A DNA stretch of 64,000 bases from an uncultured Chloroflexia bacterium (GCA_963813335.1 CAWEYL010000003.1:64001-128000); one strand, 5' to 3'; positions 1 through 10,926 are shown, counted from the stretch's first letter. Translations and numbers: made by a program. The notes: generated by a model not told the origin, from the letters alone.

Positions 1-91
1 CAGCAGCTCGTCGCGCGAGGCGATCGATGGCGGCGTGGTCCTCGGCCCGCTGGGACGAGGCGTCGGCGTCCTGGGGTGGCGTTCCGGGCAC
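1..91 (-). CDS. 5' end of a gene running off the window, possibly biotin carboxyl carrier protein (AccB) with an N-terminal extension
   Basis: GTG at 91, 3 nt after the accDA stop, reads VPGTPPQDADASSQRAEDHAAIDRLA.. and then apparently DELL after an indel. Identity is inferred only from context (birA, accDA upstream). Confidence 0.35.
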   Translation of the reverse strand, partial: MPGTPPQDADASSQRAEDHAAIDRLARRAA

Positions 92-94
92 TCG

Positions 95-2051
95 CTAGAC
101 CTCCTCACGGGCCGGCGGGTCGTCGCGCGACCACGGCGTGACGGTGGCGCCGATGGCTCGCCGGCCCGGGTCCAGCAGGTCCCGCAGGCGATCCCCGAGG
201 CCGCGATCGACCTTTTCGGGGAGCTCCGGCACGTCGGCCTCAGTGTAGGCGCCGAGCGACCGATAGCGTCGGTAGCGTGCGTCGAGCAGCTCGTCGATGG
301 TGAGCGCCTCGAGCGCCTCGAGCCGGTCGAGGATGATCGCGCGCAGGCGCTTGGCGGTCTCGGCCGGGTCGGTGTGGGCGCCCTCCCCCGGCTCCGCGAC
401 GACGAGGTCGAGGACGCCGAGGTCGTGTTGGTCGGCGGCGGTCATGCGCATCGCGGCGGCCGCCGTGTGCGCTTCGTCCTGGGTCCGCCACAGGATCGAC
501 GCGCAGCCTTCCGGGCTGATGACCGAGTAGACCGCGTTCTCGAGGGCGATGACGACGTCGCCCACGGCGATCGCCAGCGCGCCGCCGGAGCCGCCCTCGC
601 CGGTGATGACCGTGACGATCGGGGTCCGCAGCCGGGTCATCAGCGCGACCGACCGGGCGATCGCCTCGGCGATGCCGCGCTCCTCGGATTCGGGGCCGGG
701 GTGGGCGCCCGGGACGTCGACGAAGGTGATGACCGGCAGGCCGAAGCGCTCCGCCAGTTCCATGACGCGCATGGCCTTGCGGTAGCCCTCCGGGTGCGGC
801 ATCCCGAAGTTGCGCCGGATGTTCTCGTCGGTGTCGGTGCCCTTCTGCTGGCCGATGACCGCGACCGACCGGCCATCGAGCCGGGCGATCCCGGCGACCA
901 TCGCCTCGTCGTCGCCGAACAGGCGATCCCCGTGCAGCTCGACGAACCCGTCGGTCATCGCCTCCACGAACTCGAGCGTCCGCGGCCGGCGCAGGTTGCG
1001 GGCGAGCTGGACCCGCGCCCAGGCGTCGTCGGCGCTGTGGCTGCTCCCGTTCGTCGGCGTGCCGTTGGTCGGCGCGCCGTTGCCCCCGACGAGGATGGCG
1101 GGATCGGTCGGGGCGTCGCCGGCCGCGAACTCGCCGACCCGGTCGGCCAGCGTCGAGAGGAACGAGAGCGGCCGGAAGCCGGGCAGGTCCGAGCTGGCGG
1201 GGACCGCCGCGGACGCCCCGTTCCGGACGGGCAGGAGGCGCAGGATCGCCGCCAGCTCGTCGCGCAACGCGGGGCGGGGCACGACGCGGTCGATGAAGCC
1301 GTGGCGGTACAGGAACTCCGCGCGCTGGAACCCCTCGGGCAGCTCCTGGGCGATGGTCCCGGCCTGCACCCGGGCGCCGGCGAAGCCGATCAGGGCGTTC
1401 GGCTCGGCCACGTTGACGTCGCCGACCGCGGCGAACGAGGCGAACACGCCGCCGGTCGTCGGGTCCGACAGGACCGACACGAACGGGACGCCGGCCGGGT
1501 GCAGCCGCTCGATGGCTGCCAGGGTCTTGGCGAGCTGCATCAGCGCAAGCGTGCCCTCCTGCATCCGGGCCCCACCCGACGCGCTCACGATCAGGAGCGG
1601 GATCCGCGCCTCGAGGGCGTGCTCCGCGGCCCGCGTGACCTTCTCGCCCACGACCGCCCCCATGGAGCCGCCCATGAACCCGAAGTCCATGACGCAGATC
1701 GCGACGGGGATCTCGGCGATGGCGCCGGTGCCCCACAGGGCGGCGTCGCGCATGCCGGTCGAGGCCTGTGCGGCCGCGAGCCGGTCGACATAGCTCTTGC
1801 GGTCCACGAAGCGCAGCGCGTCGACGGACTGCAGGCCGGCGTCGTGCTCGACCCAGCGTCTCGTGGTCGAGGAGCTGCTCGAGCCGGGTGGCGGCGGAGA
1901 GCCGGAAATGGTGGCCGCAGGTCGGGCAGACCCGCATCGCCTTGTCGAGCTGCTTGTTGAACAGCATCGTTTCGCACGACGGGCACTTCGTCCACAGGTC
2001 GGGCGGGTAGGCGTCGCGCCGGGCGCGGAACGACGGCAGCTTGATCGGCAT
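95..2051 (-). CDS. accD/accA: Fused acetyl-CoA carboxylase carboxyltransferase beta+alpha (AccD-AccA); one frameshift near 1857
   Basis: N-terminal Zn finger WTKCPSC..VCPTCGHH. AccD motifs DFGFMGGSMG, SGGARMQEG, PTTGGV and FQRAEFL continue in frame into AccA motifs RNFGMPHPEGYRKA, EERGIAEAIA, GEGGSGGALA and YSVISPEGCASILW. Confidence 0.93.
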
Positions 2052-2566
2052 CAGTCCAGCCGCCCCCGGGCGACCGCGCGGACGGCCCGGGCCATCGGGG
2101 TCGCGGCGGGCCGGCGCAACCGCCAGGCGACCCACGCCGCGCCGGCGAGCGACAGCGCCGCGGAGGTGAGGGCGCCGCCGATGATGAGCGGGCGCAGGTC
2201 CGCCTCGGGGTCGTCGTCGAGCGGGAGGCCGTCCACGTAGGCCGCGAGCGCCGCGGCGTCGGCGTCGGCCGCCGGCAGGCGCATCGACACGACCGACCCC
2301 TCGCCACCGGCCGCGACCGGCAGGCGTCGAGCGAGGGCGGCCGCCGACAGCCGGGCGGCGAGCGCCTCCTCGAAGCGGAACGACGGATGCAGCCGCGGCA
2401 GGTCCCGGGCGAGCCGGTCGGCCACGGCGCGGACGCGCGGGTCGAGCTCCGCGGGGGCAGGCGCCAGGTCGGCCCCGGTCCCGTGGGCCGTGAGCAGCGA
2501 TTCGAGGTAGCGGTCCGCGATGAGCGCCTCGATCTCCGTCGCGTCGCGGCCGCCGGGCAGGGTCAC
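2051..2566 (-). CDS. Hypothetical single-pass membrane protein, putative anti-sigma factor
   Basis: GTG overlaps the sigma stop (GTGA at 2563-2566) and its own stop overlaps the accDA ATG. Helical N-terminal domain (LHPSFRFEEALAARL) and C-terminal TM segment (LIIGGALTSAALSLAGAAWVAW). Confidence 0.6.
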   Translation of the reverse strand: MTLPGGRDATEIEALIADRYLESLLTAHGTGADLAPAPAELDPRVRAVADRLARDLPRLHPSFRFEEALAARLSAAALARRLPVAAGGEGSVVSMRLPAADADAAALAAYVDGLPLDDDPEADLRPLIIGGALTSAALSLAGAAWVAWRLRRPAATPMARAVRAVARGRLD

Positions 2567-3193
2567 CCGCGGTCCTCGCCCAGGTCGCGGGCCACGTTGC
2601 GCAGTGCCCGGTGGATGAGCACCCGGACCGATCCCTCGGAGCGGCCCATGATCCCGGCGATCTCGGCGGTGGACATCTCGTCGACGAAGCGCAGCACGAC
2701 CGCGCGGCGGCGGTCGCCGCTCAGGCGGCTGATCGGCGCGGAGGGCGGCCCGGCCCTCGTCGCGGCGGGCGGCATCGGCCTCGAGGTCGAGCGGCGCGGC
2801 GAGGTCGGCGACCGTGTCGAGGGTCGTCTCGGGGCGACGACGGCGCCGGCGGCGGCGCTCGGCGACCACGTTGCGGGCGATGTGGAACAGCCAGACCTTG
2901 AAGGTCGAGGCGCCCTCCCCGTCGGCCGGCCGGGCGCGCTCCTCGAAGCGCGGCAGGTTGGCGAGCGCCGCCAGGAACGTCCGTTCCGTGGCGTCCTCGG
3001 CCTCGTGCCGATCCCCGAGCTCGTAGAACGCGTAGTTGTACACCTGGGCGAGGTACTTCCGGTAGAGGGCGTCGAAGCGCGCCGGGTCGGCCTGCGCCGC
3101 GTCCACGAGCGGGCGATCCCGATCGAGGTGGACGAGGCGCGGACCACCGGTCTCCTCCGACCGGTCCACCTTCCTGAATGCCGGACGCGCCAT
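2563..3193 (-). CDS. ECF-family RNA polymerase sigma factor; frameshift near 2735
   Basis: Region 2 (FDALYRKYLAQVYNYA..AEDATERTFLAA..FKVWLFHIARN) is in ORF 2051..3193. Region 4 (RRAVVLRFVDEMSTAEIAGIMGRSEGSVRVLIHRA) is in ORF 2563..4038. Confidence 0.9.
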
Positions 3194-3197
3194 CGCG

Positions 3198-4005
3198 TTA
3201 CACCCCGACCGTCGGCGCGAGGCGCGCGTGGCGGATCTCCCCGACCAGGACAGGGCGCGATCCGTCGGCCGTGGCGGCGTCCTCGACCAGCAGCGCGCCC
3301 GTGCCGGACTCGACGCCGAGCGCCCGGACGAGCTCGCTCGTGCCGTCGGGGCGGACCAGCTCCACGATCCGGCCGGTCGTCGACTGGCGGTCCGCCCAGC
3401 CCGCCTTGTCGAAGCGGTCGGCGCGGAGCGCCTCGACGCGCGCCTCGAGTCGGACGACGAAGGCGTCGGCCAGCGTCTCGCGGTCGACCGGCCGGCCGCC
3501 CGTGGTCTCGCGCAGCGACGTCATCGAATCGGCGAGCGCGGGCGGGAAGGTCGCGGCGGGCCAGTCGGCGTTGATCCCGAGCCCGACCACGGCCCGCGGC
3601 TCGTCCGTGCCGAGCCCGTCGGTCTCGCCGAGGACGCCGGCCAACTTGCGGACGCGCCCCTCGGTGTCCTCCACGACGAGGTCGTTCGGCCACTTCAGGC
3701 GGATCGTGCCATCGGGCAACCCCGCGACGGCTTCCGCGGCATCGGCCATCGCAAGTGAGGCTGTCGCGGCCAGCCGCCAGACCTGGTCCGGGGGCAGCCA
3801 GTCGGGCCGGAACCCGAGCGAGAGCAGCAGTGCGGCGCCGGGCGGCGCGACCCAGGTCCGGCCCTCGCGGCCGCGGCCGGCGGACTGCGAATCCGCGATC
3901 GCCAGGCAGACCTCGGGCGTGCCGTCGGCCAGCCAGCGCGCGCACGACGTCGTTGGTCGAGGCGACCTCGGCGAACCGCTTGGAGCGGGCCAGGAACGCC
4001 GTCAT
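3198..4005 (-). CDS. birA: Biotin-[acetyl-CoA carboxylase] ligase without an HTH domain; frameshift near 3940
   Basis: Motifs VASTND, QSAGRGREGRTW, LKWPNDL, KLAGVLGE and VVGLGIN across two frames. Confidence 0.9.
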
Positions 4006-4018
4006 GCGCGGTCGTCCA

Positions 4019-5274
4019 TCAGCCCGCGGCGGCGACATCGACCGGCTCGGGTCGCTCGAGCTCGAAGGCGTCGTGCAGCGCCCGCAGCGCGGTCTCGAGC
4101 TCGGCCTCGGCCACGATGCAGGTGATCCGCACCTCCGAGGTCGAGATCATCTCGATGTTGACGCCCGCGTCGGCGAGCGTCCCGAACATCCGGGCGGCAT
4201 AGCCCGGCGCGTTGTGGAGCCCGGCGCCGACGATCGAGACCTTGCCGACGGATGCATCGGTGGTGAGCTCGCGGGCCCCCATCTCGCGGACGAGCGGCTC
4301 GAGGACCTTCTTCGCCCGGGCCAGCTCGACGCGCGGGACGGTGAAGGACATGTCTGTCGCGCCGCCGTGGCCGACGTTCTGGACGATCATGTCGACGTTC
4401 ACGCCGGCCTCGGCCAGCGGCTCGAAGATCGACCGCGCGACGCCCGGCCGGTCCGGGACGTCGACGATGGTGACCTTGGCGACGTTCCGGTCGTGGGCGA
4501 GCCCGCGAACCTTGTTGCGCTGCTCCACGAGCGGGTCCTCCCTGATGCGCGTGCCGGGGGCGTCCTCGAACGAGCTGAGGACCTCGATGACGACGTCGTT
4601 GACCCAGCCCAGCTCCACGGCGCGGACCTGCATGACCTGGGCGCCCTGGTGGGCGAGCTCGAGCATCTCCTCGTAGCCGATGACCGGCAGCTGGCGGGCC
4701 TTCGGCACGAGGCGGGGATCGGCGGTGTAGATGCCGTGGACGTCGGTGAAGATCTGGCAGCGCTCGGCGCGCAGGGCGGCGGCGAGGGCCACCGCGGTCG
4801 TGTCGCTGCCGCCGCGGCCGAGGGTCGTGATCTCGTCGGCGGCAGCTGCTCTGGCCCTGGAACCCGGCCACGATCACGACCTTGCCGGCCTCCAGCTCCT
4901 CGCGGACGCGGCGCGGCTCGATGCCCGCGATCCGTGCCCGGCCGTAGCGGCCGTCGGTGGTGATGCCGGCCTGCGGCCCGGTCAGGCTGATGGCCGGGAG
5001 TCCCGAGCCCGTGGAGCGCCATCGACAGCAGCGTCGCCGCCTGGTGCTCGCCGGTCGCGAGCAGCACGTCGAGCTCGCGCGGGTCGGGGTCGTCGGTGAT
5101 GGCTGCGGCCAGGCCGAGCAGCTCGTCGGTCGCGTCGCCCATCGCCGAGACCACGACGACGAGGTCGTTGCCGGCCGCGCGCTCGCGCGCGATCCGGCGC
5201 GCCACCCGCTTGATGCGGTCGGCGTCGGCCACGGAGGAGCCGCCGTACTTCTGGACGACGAGGGGGGCAGGCAT
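4019..5274 (-). CDS. lysC: Aspartate kinase with two ACT domains; frameshifts near 5000 and 4845
   Basis: Motifs [36 protein letters not shown] and [12 protein letters not shown], plus ACT motifs DRPGVA and NIEMISTSE. Confidence 0.93.
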
Positions 5275-5372
5275 CGCGGGGCATTCTACCGCCCGGGTCG
5301 CCGTGCTCCCGCCATTCGGCCGGCCGCGGGCTACGATGGCCCGGCCCGTCCCCGCTCAGAGGTGTCCCCGCG

Positions 5373-6141
5373 ATGTGCTTCGACCTCGACAGCCACCCGC
5401 CCATCGCGCCGATCGCCGGCGGGGCGCTCGACCAGGCCTCGCTCGTCCTGACCGGCGCCGACGGCAACCGGCTGCTCGCGTTCCGTGCCCGCGCGTCCGA
5501 GCCGAGCGGGGCCGGGATCGTGATCCTGCCGGATGTCCGCGGCCTGCACCCGTACTACGAGGAGCTCGCCCTGCGCTTCGCGGAGGCGGGCATCGACGCG
5601 CTCGCGATCGACTACTTCGGGCGGACCGCCGGCCTCGACACGCCCCGCGACGACCGGTTCGAGTACCGGGCGCATGTCGACCAGACGACCTGGGCCGGGC
5701 TCGCCAGCGACGTCCGGGCGGGCGTGGCCGAGGTCCGGAACGATGCGACCCGCGTCACGACGCTGTTCATCGTCGGGTTCTGCTTCGGTGGGCGCCTGGC
5801 GTTCGACGCGGCCACGCTCGGGTCTCGACGCGACCGGCACGATCGGCTTCTACGGACGGACGCTCGGCGAGCATCCGAGCGGCATGCCCGTCCCGGTCGA
5901 TGTCGCGGCGTCGATGCGGGGCGACATCCTCGGGCTCTTCGGCGGTGCGGACGAGGCGATCCCGCCCGAGGCCGTCGCCGCCTTCGACACCGCGCTCACC
6001 GACGCCGGCGTCGCCCACCGGCTGGTCACCTACGACGGCGCCCCGCACAGCTTCTTCGACCGCAAGGCGGCCGACTTCGCCGACGCGAGCACGGCGGCCT
6101 GGGCCGAGGTCCTCGGGTTCATCCGGTCGCGGACCGGCTAG
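5373..6141 (+). CDS. Dienelactone hydrolase family protein; frameshift near 5822
   Basis: PDVRGL, nucleophile motif GFCFGG, LFGGADEAI and YDGAPHSFFD. Confidence 0.88.
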
Positions 6142-7304
6142 ATCCCGCCGCCCGTGACCTGGCGGCGGAACCGGAACGTCGCGACCGCCAGCAGGCCGAC
6201 CGCGAACGCCACCAGCGCGCCGAGCTGCGGCAGGATCGTCACGACGTCGCCGCCGTCGACCAGCAGCGTGTGGAAGGCGTCGAGCGCCCAGGCGTGCGGC
6301 GTCAGGTGGGCGAGCGTCTGCATGACCGACGGGAAGACCTCGATCGGGACCATCGCGCCCCCGAGCAGGGCCAGGGTCATCCCGAGCGCCGGACCCAGCG
6401 CGCTCAGCTGGTGCTCGTTCGAGACGAGCGTGGCCAGCAGCATCGCGGCACCGGACGCGACCAGCGCGAACAGCACGATGATGGCGCCCGTCGCGAGAGG
6501 GTCGAGCCAGCTCACGCCGAACAGGAATGCCGAGGCGAGGACGATGAACCCGCCCTGGAACATGGCGAAGGCGAACCGGCCGAGCGTCTCGCCGAGGACG
6601 ATCGTCCCGGCGCTGGTCGGCGTCGAGTATTCGCGGCGCGAGATCCCGTACAGCCGGGTGGTGATGAGCGCGACCGCGCCGGTCATCGAGGTCAGGAACA
6701 TGAACAGGATGACCTGGCTCTCGGCACCGACCGCATACCCGTTCGGGTTGGCGCTGACCTCGCCGACGGATCGCAGCGACACCGCGACGCGCGCCATCGT
6801 CGCATCCTGCGCCCGGGCCGCGGCGAGCGCCTGGTCGAAGCTGACGCCGTTCGCGGCCGAGGCGGACCGGGCCGCCGTGACGAGGGCCGCCTGATCGGCG
6901 ATCGCCGCGTCGATCGCGGTCTTGATGGCGGTCGCGTAGCTCCTCGGCTGGGTCACGTACTCGAGCGCGCCCGTGCCGCCACCACGGAGCGCCGCGTCGT
7001 AGCCGGGCGCGATGACGATGCCGAGCTCGACGAAGCCACGTTCGACGGCGTCGCGCAGGTCGTCGGCCGTCGCGAACCGGCGCACGTCGAGCTTCAGGTC
7101 GGTCATCGTCATGGACGTGGTGAGGTCGGCGGCGAGCGGGCCGCCGTCGAGGTCGGCGACGCCCATCCGCGCGGTGCTCATGCCGCCATAGGTCATCCCG
7201 AGCACGATGATCAGGATCATCGGCAGGACGAGGATGAAGAACAGGCTCATCCGGTCGCGGAAGGTCCGGACCATGTTGACCCGGGCGATGGCGAGGGCTT
7301 TCAT
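6138..7304 (-). CDS. ABC-2 type exporter permease (LnrN-like)
   Basis: N-terminal TM, large extracellular domain, five C-terminal TMs and motif TPHAWA. ATGA overlap with the upstream permease. Confidence 0.85.
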   Translation of the reverse strand: MKALAIARVNMVRTFRDRMSLFFILVLPMILIIVLGMTYGGMSTARMGVADLDGGPLAADLTTSMTMTDLKLDVRRFATADDLRDAVERGFVELGIVIAPGYDAALRGGGTGALEYVTQPRSYATAIKTAIDAAIADQAALVTAARSASAANGVSFDQALAAARAQDATMARVAVSLRSVGEVSANPNGYAVGAESQVILFMFLTSMTGAVALITTRLYGISRREYSTPTSAGTIVLGETLGRFAFAMFQGGFIVLASAFLFGVSWLDPLATGAIIVLFALVASGAAMLLATLVSNEHQLSALGPALGMTLALLGGAMVPIEVFPSVMQTLAHLTPHAWALDAFHTLLVDGGDVVTILPQLGALVAFAVGLLAVATFRFRRQVTGGGI

Positions 7305-8482
7305 GCCGGCACCAGCGCCCGCCGCGCACGCGCCAGGCCGACCGCGCCGGTCACGACGCCCATGACGACCAGCACGACCACCGACGGCAGGATCTCGGCG
7401 AGACCGACGTCGGCGACGGACATCGTGTCGATGGCGCGCAGGAACCACGCGTGCGGCGTGATGAGGGCGATCCGGCCGAGGAGCTCCGGCGCCTGGCTCA
7501 GGGGGATGAACACGCCGCCGATGGCGGCCAGGCTCAACGCCACGATGGCGTTGAGGCCACCGGCCTGCTCGGCCGTCTTGGCCAGGGTCGAGACCAGCGT
7601 CGAGACGCCGGTCGCGGCGACGACCGCCGCGAAGAGCAGGGCGGCCAGCAGCACCGGCGGTCCCCAGCTGGCGTGGACGAGGACCGTCGTGGCGACGACC
7701 ATCGTCGTCATCGCGACGAGGCCGAGGACCATCCCCGCGAGCGCGCCGCCGAGGACGATCGCCGCCGGTGCGACCGGGGCGGCGAGGAGCCGGTTCAGCG
7801 TTCCGTCGCGCCGGTCCGCCAGCAGTGCCAGCGCGCCGTACTGGGTCGCGAAGAAGACGAACATGATGGCCATGGCGGCGCCATAGAACGTGGCCATCGA
7901 GGCCTGGCGCTTGTCGGCGGCGGCCTGCGTGACGGCGATCGGCGGCTGGCCGTGCACGGCAGCCGTGGCCGCGTCCACCGTCGCCTGGTCGACCTGGCCG
8001 CCGGTCGCCGCGATGGTCCGGACCGCGAGTCCGACGGCGCCGACATCGGCCGCGAACCCGGTCACGACCGCGCGCGCCACCTCGCGGGCGGTCGGGTCGC
8101 TGCCGGCCAGGATCGTGATCCCGGTCGCGTCACCGCGGCTGACCGCATCGCTGAAGCCCGGCGGGACGACGATGGCGGCGCCGGCCCGATCGGCGTCGAT
8201 CTCGGCCGTGGCGGCGGCCTCGTCCGCGGCCATCGAGATCGTGGCGATGCCCGAATCGGCGACGCGCCCGAGGACCTCGGTGCGAAGGACCTGGGCCAGG
8301 CTGCCACCGTCCTGGTCCACGACGACGATCGTCGTGTGGAAGGTCGGGCTGAAGTCGGGGATGATCGCCGCGAAGGCGACCGAGAGGCCGAGCGGGGTCA
8401 GGACGGCGAAGAGGATCGCCGACCGGTCGCGCAGCCGCTGGCGCAGGATGCGCCGGGCGATGACGAGGGCGGAGCGCAGCAC
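7301..8482 (-). CDS. ABC-2 type exporter permease (LnrM-like)
   Basis: VVVDQDGG, DRRDGTLNRLLAAP and TPHAW; paralogous architecture to the adjacent permease. Confidence 0.85.
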   Translation of the reverse strand: MLRSALVIARRILRQRLRDRSAILFAVLTPLGLSVAFAAIIPDFSPTFHTTIVVVDQDGGSLAQVLRTEVLGRVADSGIATISMAADEAAATAEIDADRAGAAIVVPPGFSDAVSRGDATGITILAGSDPTAREVARAVVTGFAADVGAVGLAVRTIAATGGQVDQATVDAATAAVHGQPPIAVTQAAADKRQASMATFYGAAMAIMFVFFATQYGALALLADRRDGTLNRLLAAPVAPAAIVLGGALAGMVLGLVAMTTMVVATTVLVHASWGPPVLLAALLFAAVVAATGVSTLVSTLAKTAEQAGGLNAIVALSLAAIGGVFIPLSQAPELLGRIALITPHAWFLRAIDTMSVADVGLAEILPSVVVLVVMGVVTGAVGLARARRALVPA

Positions 8483-8492
8483 GGCCCGCGTC

Positions 8493-9527
8493 CTAGTCCC
8501 GCAGGGCCTTGCCGGTGAGGTGCAGGAAGACGCTCTCGAGGTCGGGTTCGACGACCTCGACCGAGCGGACGGTCACCCCATCGTTCGAGACCGCCTCGAG
8601 GATCCGGGGAAGGAGCCGGCGGGCCTCCTCGACGAGGACGTCGACCCGTCCGTCGGCGGTCGTCACCTCGCGCACACCGGACAGGGCGCGCAGGACGGTC
8701 GCGGCCGCGCCGAGGTCACCGGTCGCGACCAGCGTCACCCGGTCCAGGCCGCCGACCATCGCCACGAGCTGGCGGCGCGTCCCTTCAGCGATGATCCGGC
8801 CCTCGTCGACGATGCCGACCCGATCGCACAGCCGCTCGGCCTCTTCCATGTAGTGGGTCGTGTAAAGGATCCCCATCCCGGCCGCGCTGAGCGCCTCGAC
8901 GCTGCCCAGGATCGCATTGCGGCTCTGAGGGTCCACGCCCACGGTCGGCTCGTCGAGGACGAGCAGGCTGGGACGGTGGAGGAGGCCGATGGCGATGTTG
9001 AGCCGGCGCTTCATCCCGCCCGAGTAGGTCCCGGTCCGCTCCTTCGCGCGGTCCGTGAGGTCGACCACGGCAAGGACGTCGTCGATGCGCGTCCTGCGGT
9101 CCTGGCCCTTGAGCCCGTACAGGCGCCCGAAGAAGTCGAGGTTCTCGCGCGCGGACAGGTCCGGGTAGATCGCCAGGTCCTGGGGCACATAGCCGATGTC
9201 GGCCTTGAGCGCGGTCGCGCCAGGGTCCATCGGCTGGCCGGCGATGCGGATGTCGCCGGCGTCCCGGCGGAGGATCCCGCAGATCATCGAGATCGTCGTG
9301 GTCTTGCCCGCCCCGTTCGGGCCGAGGAGCCCGTACGTCTCGCCGCGGGCGATGGTGAAGCCGACGCCGTCGACGGCCTGGCGATCGCCGAACCGCTTGC
9401 GCAGGCCAGAGCACTCGAGGACGAACGGACCCGCGGCCGGGACCGGAGCCGCTGCCGGACGGTCCGCCTCGAGCGGACGATCGGGGGGCGGTGACAGTGG
9501 CCCGGTGGGAGCGGGTGCGATCGCCAT
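8493..9527 (-). CDS. ABC exporter ATP-binding protein (LnrL/DrrA-like)
   Basis: Walker A GPNGAGKTT, signature YSGGMKRR, LDEPTVGVDPQSR, HYMEEAERLCDR and LESVFLHLTG. Confidence 0.92.
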   Translation of the reverse strand: MAIAPAPTGPLSPPPDRPLEADRPAAAPVPAAGPFVLECSGLRKRFGDRQAVDGVGFTIARGETYGLLGPNGAGKTTTISMICGILRRDAGDIRIAGQPMDPGATALKADIGYVPQDLAIYPDLSARENLDFFGRLYGLKGQDRRTRIDDVLAVVDLTDRAKERTGTYSGGMKRRLNIAIGLLHRPSLLVLDEPTVGVDPQSRNAILGSVEALSAAGMGILYTTHYMEEAERLCDRVGIVDEGRIIAEGTRRQLVAMVGGLDRVTLVATGDLGAAATVLRALSGVREVTTADGRVDVLVEEARRLLPRILEAVSNDGVTVRSVEVVEPDLESVFLHLTGKALRD

Positions 9528-9613
9528 GGCAGGGCGGCCTCGAACGCATGACTGGGGTCGAGATACGGTCGTTCGCAGCATCGGCCGGCGGAGGCGGTCG
9601 GTCGAGTGCCGTT

Positions 9614-9629
9614 CATCCCCTGTGGGATG
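9614..9629. promoter_or_regulatory. Inverted repeat upstream of the ABC exporter operon, possible regulator operator
   Basis: CATCCC-CTGT-GGGATG about 90 bp upstream of the ATPase start. Confidence 0.35.
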
Positions 9630-9653
9630 GCGGAATGGACTGCCGACCGTCGC

Positions 9654-9944
9654 CTAGGGGGCCGTCTTCGCCCGTCGGCGCTGCCGTGCCCAGGCGAGGG
9701 TGACGAGACCGATGCCGACGAGCCAGATGACCGGGACGCCGAAGAACGCGAACGTGAGTCGGGCGATCGCCGGGTCATCGTTCGACGGGCACGGCACCGC
9801 CGGATAGTGGAAGAAGCAGGCCTGCTGGGCGTCGTACAGGCTCACGGCCGCCTGTACGGCAAGGACCACGGCGAGCACGAGCATGAGGAGGGTCCAGGCG
9901 ACGCCGACCCAGAGAAACCTGCGGCTGCGCTGGCGCTGTCGCAT
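9654..9944 (-). CDS. Small two-TM membrane protein (96 aa)
   Basis: MRQRQRSRR, TM1, loop CFFHYPAVPC, TM2 and a basic tail. Lies directly downstream of thrB. Confidence 0.7.
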   Translation of the reverse strand: MRQRQRSRRFLWVGVAWTLLMLVLAVVLAVQAAVSLYDAQQACFFHYPAVPCPSNDDPAIARLTFAFFGVPVIWLVGIGLVTLAWARQRRRAKTAP

Positions 9945-9958
9945 GTCGTACCCGGCCG

Positions 9959-10924
9959 TCAGCCCCCGGTGAGGACCCTGGCGCCCTGGGCCCGCGGCTC
10001 GACCACTTCGATGCGGCCAGGCAGGTCGGCGTCGGCGGCGGCGGCGGCGAAGGCCGCCTCGATCCGCGTGATGCCCGCCATCGAGTCGGCGAACGCGAGG
10101 ATCGTCGAGCCGGCGCCCGACAGGCAGGCGCCGATGGCTCCGGCCCCGCGGGCCGCGGCGACCAGGGCCGGGAGCTGCGGATAGACCTTGGCCCGGTACG
10201 GCTCGTGGAGCCGGTCGACGGTGAGCTCGCGCAGGACCTCGTAGCGCCCCGTCGCGAGCCCGGCCACGCCGAGCGCCACCGCCCCGATGTTGGCGACCGC
10301 ATCCGCTAGCGGCACGTTCTTGGGGAGGATCGAGCGCATCTCGCCGGTCGGCAGGCGCAGCTCCGGGATGAACAGCACCGCGCGCAGGTCGCGGGGCGGG
10401 TCGAAGCGGACCGCGTCGACCACGCCGTCGTTCCGGATGGCGGTGATCGTGAAGCCGCCGAGGAGCGCGGCGGCGGCATTGTCCGGATGGCCCTCGATGT
10501 CGGTCGCGAGGCGCAGGATCTCGGGCTGGCCGAGCGGGCCGCCGAGGAGCGCGTTGCCGGCGACGAGCCCGGCCACGGTGGCGGCCGCCGACGACCCGAG
10601 GCCGCGGGCCAGCGGGATCCGGTTGTGCATGACGATCCGCCAGCCGACCCCCGCGGGCAGCTCGCCGCGGGCCGCGGTCAGCGCCGCCTCGAGGCCGCGG
10701 ACGAAGCGGTTCTCGTGATCCTCGGGGAGCTCGTCGCGGCCCTCGCCCTCGACGGTCAGCTCGATCTGCCCGCGGCTCCAGCCGCGCACCTCCAGCTCGA
10801 CCCGGTTGGTCAGGGCCAGCGCGACGCCGAGGCAGTCGTAGCCTGCCCCGATGTTGGCCGAGGTGGCCGGCACCTCGACCGCGACCGTGCGGCCATCCAG
10901 TTCTGCGAGCCAGTGGGCGACCAT
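9959..10924 (-). CDS. thrB: Homoserine kinase
   Basis: VPATSANIGAGYD, GHMP motif PLARGLGSSAA, EGHPDN and SGAGST. Confidence 0.95.
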   Translation of the reverse strand: MVAHWLAELDGRTVAVEVPATSANIGAGYDCLGVALALTNRVELEVRGWSRGQIELTVEGEGRDELPEDHENRFVRGLEAALTAARGELPAGVGWRIVMHNRIPLARGLGSSAAATVAGLVAGNALLGGPLGQPEILRLATDIEGHPDNAAAALLGGFTITAIRNDGVVDAVRFDPPRDLRAVLFIPELRLPTGEMRSILPKNVPLADAVANIGAVALGVAGLATGRYEVLRELTVDRLHEPYRAKVYPQLPALVAAARGAGAIGACLSGAGSTILAFADSMAGITRIEAAFAAAAADADLPGRIEVVEPRAQGARVLTGG

Positions 10925-10926
10925 GG

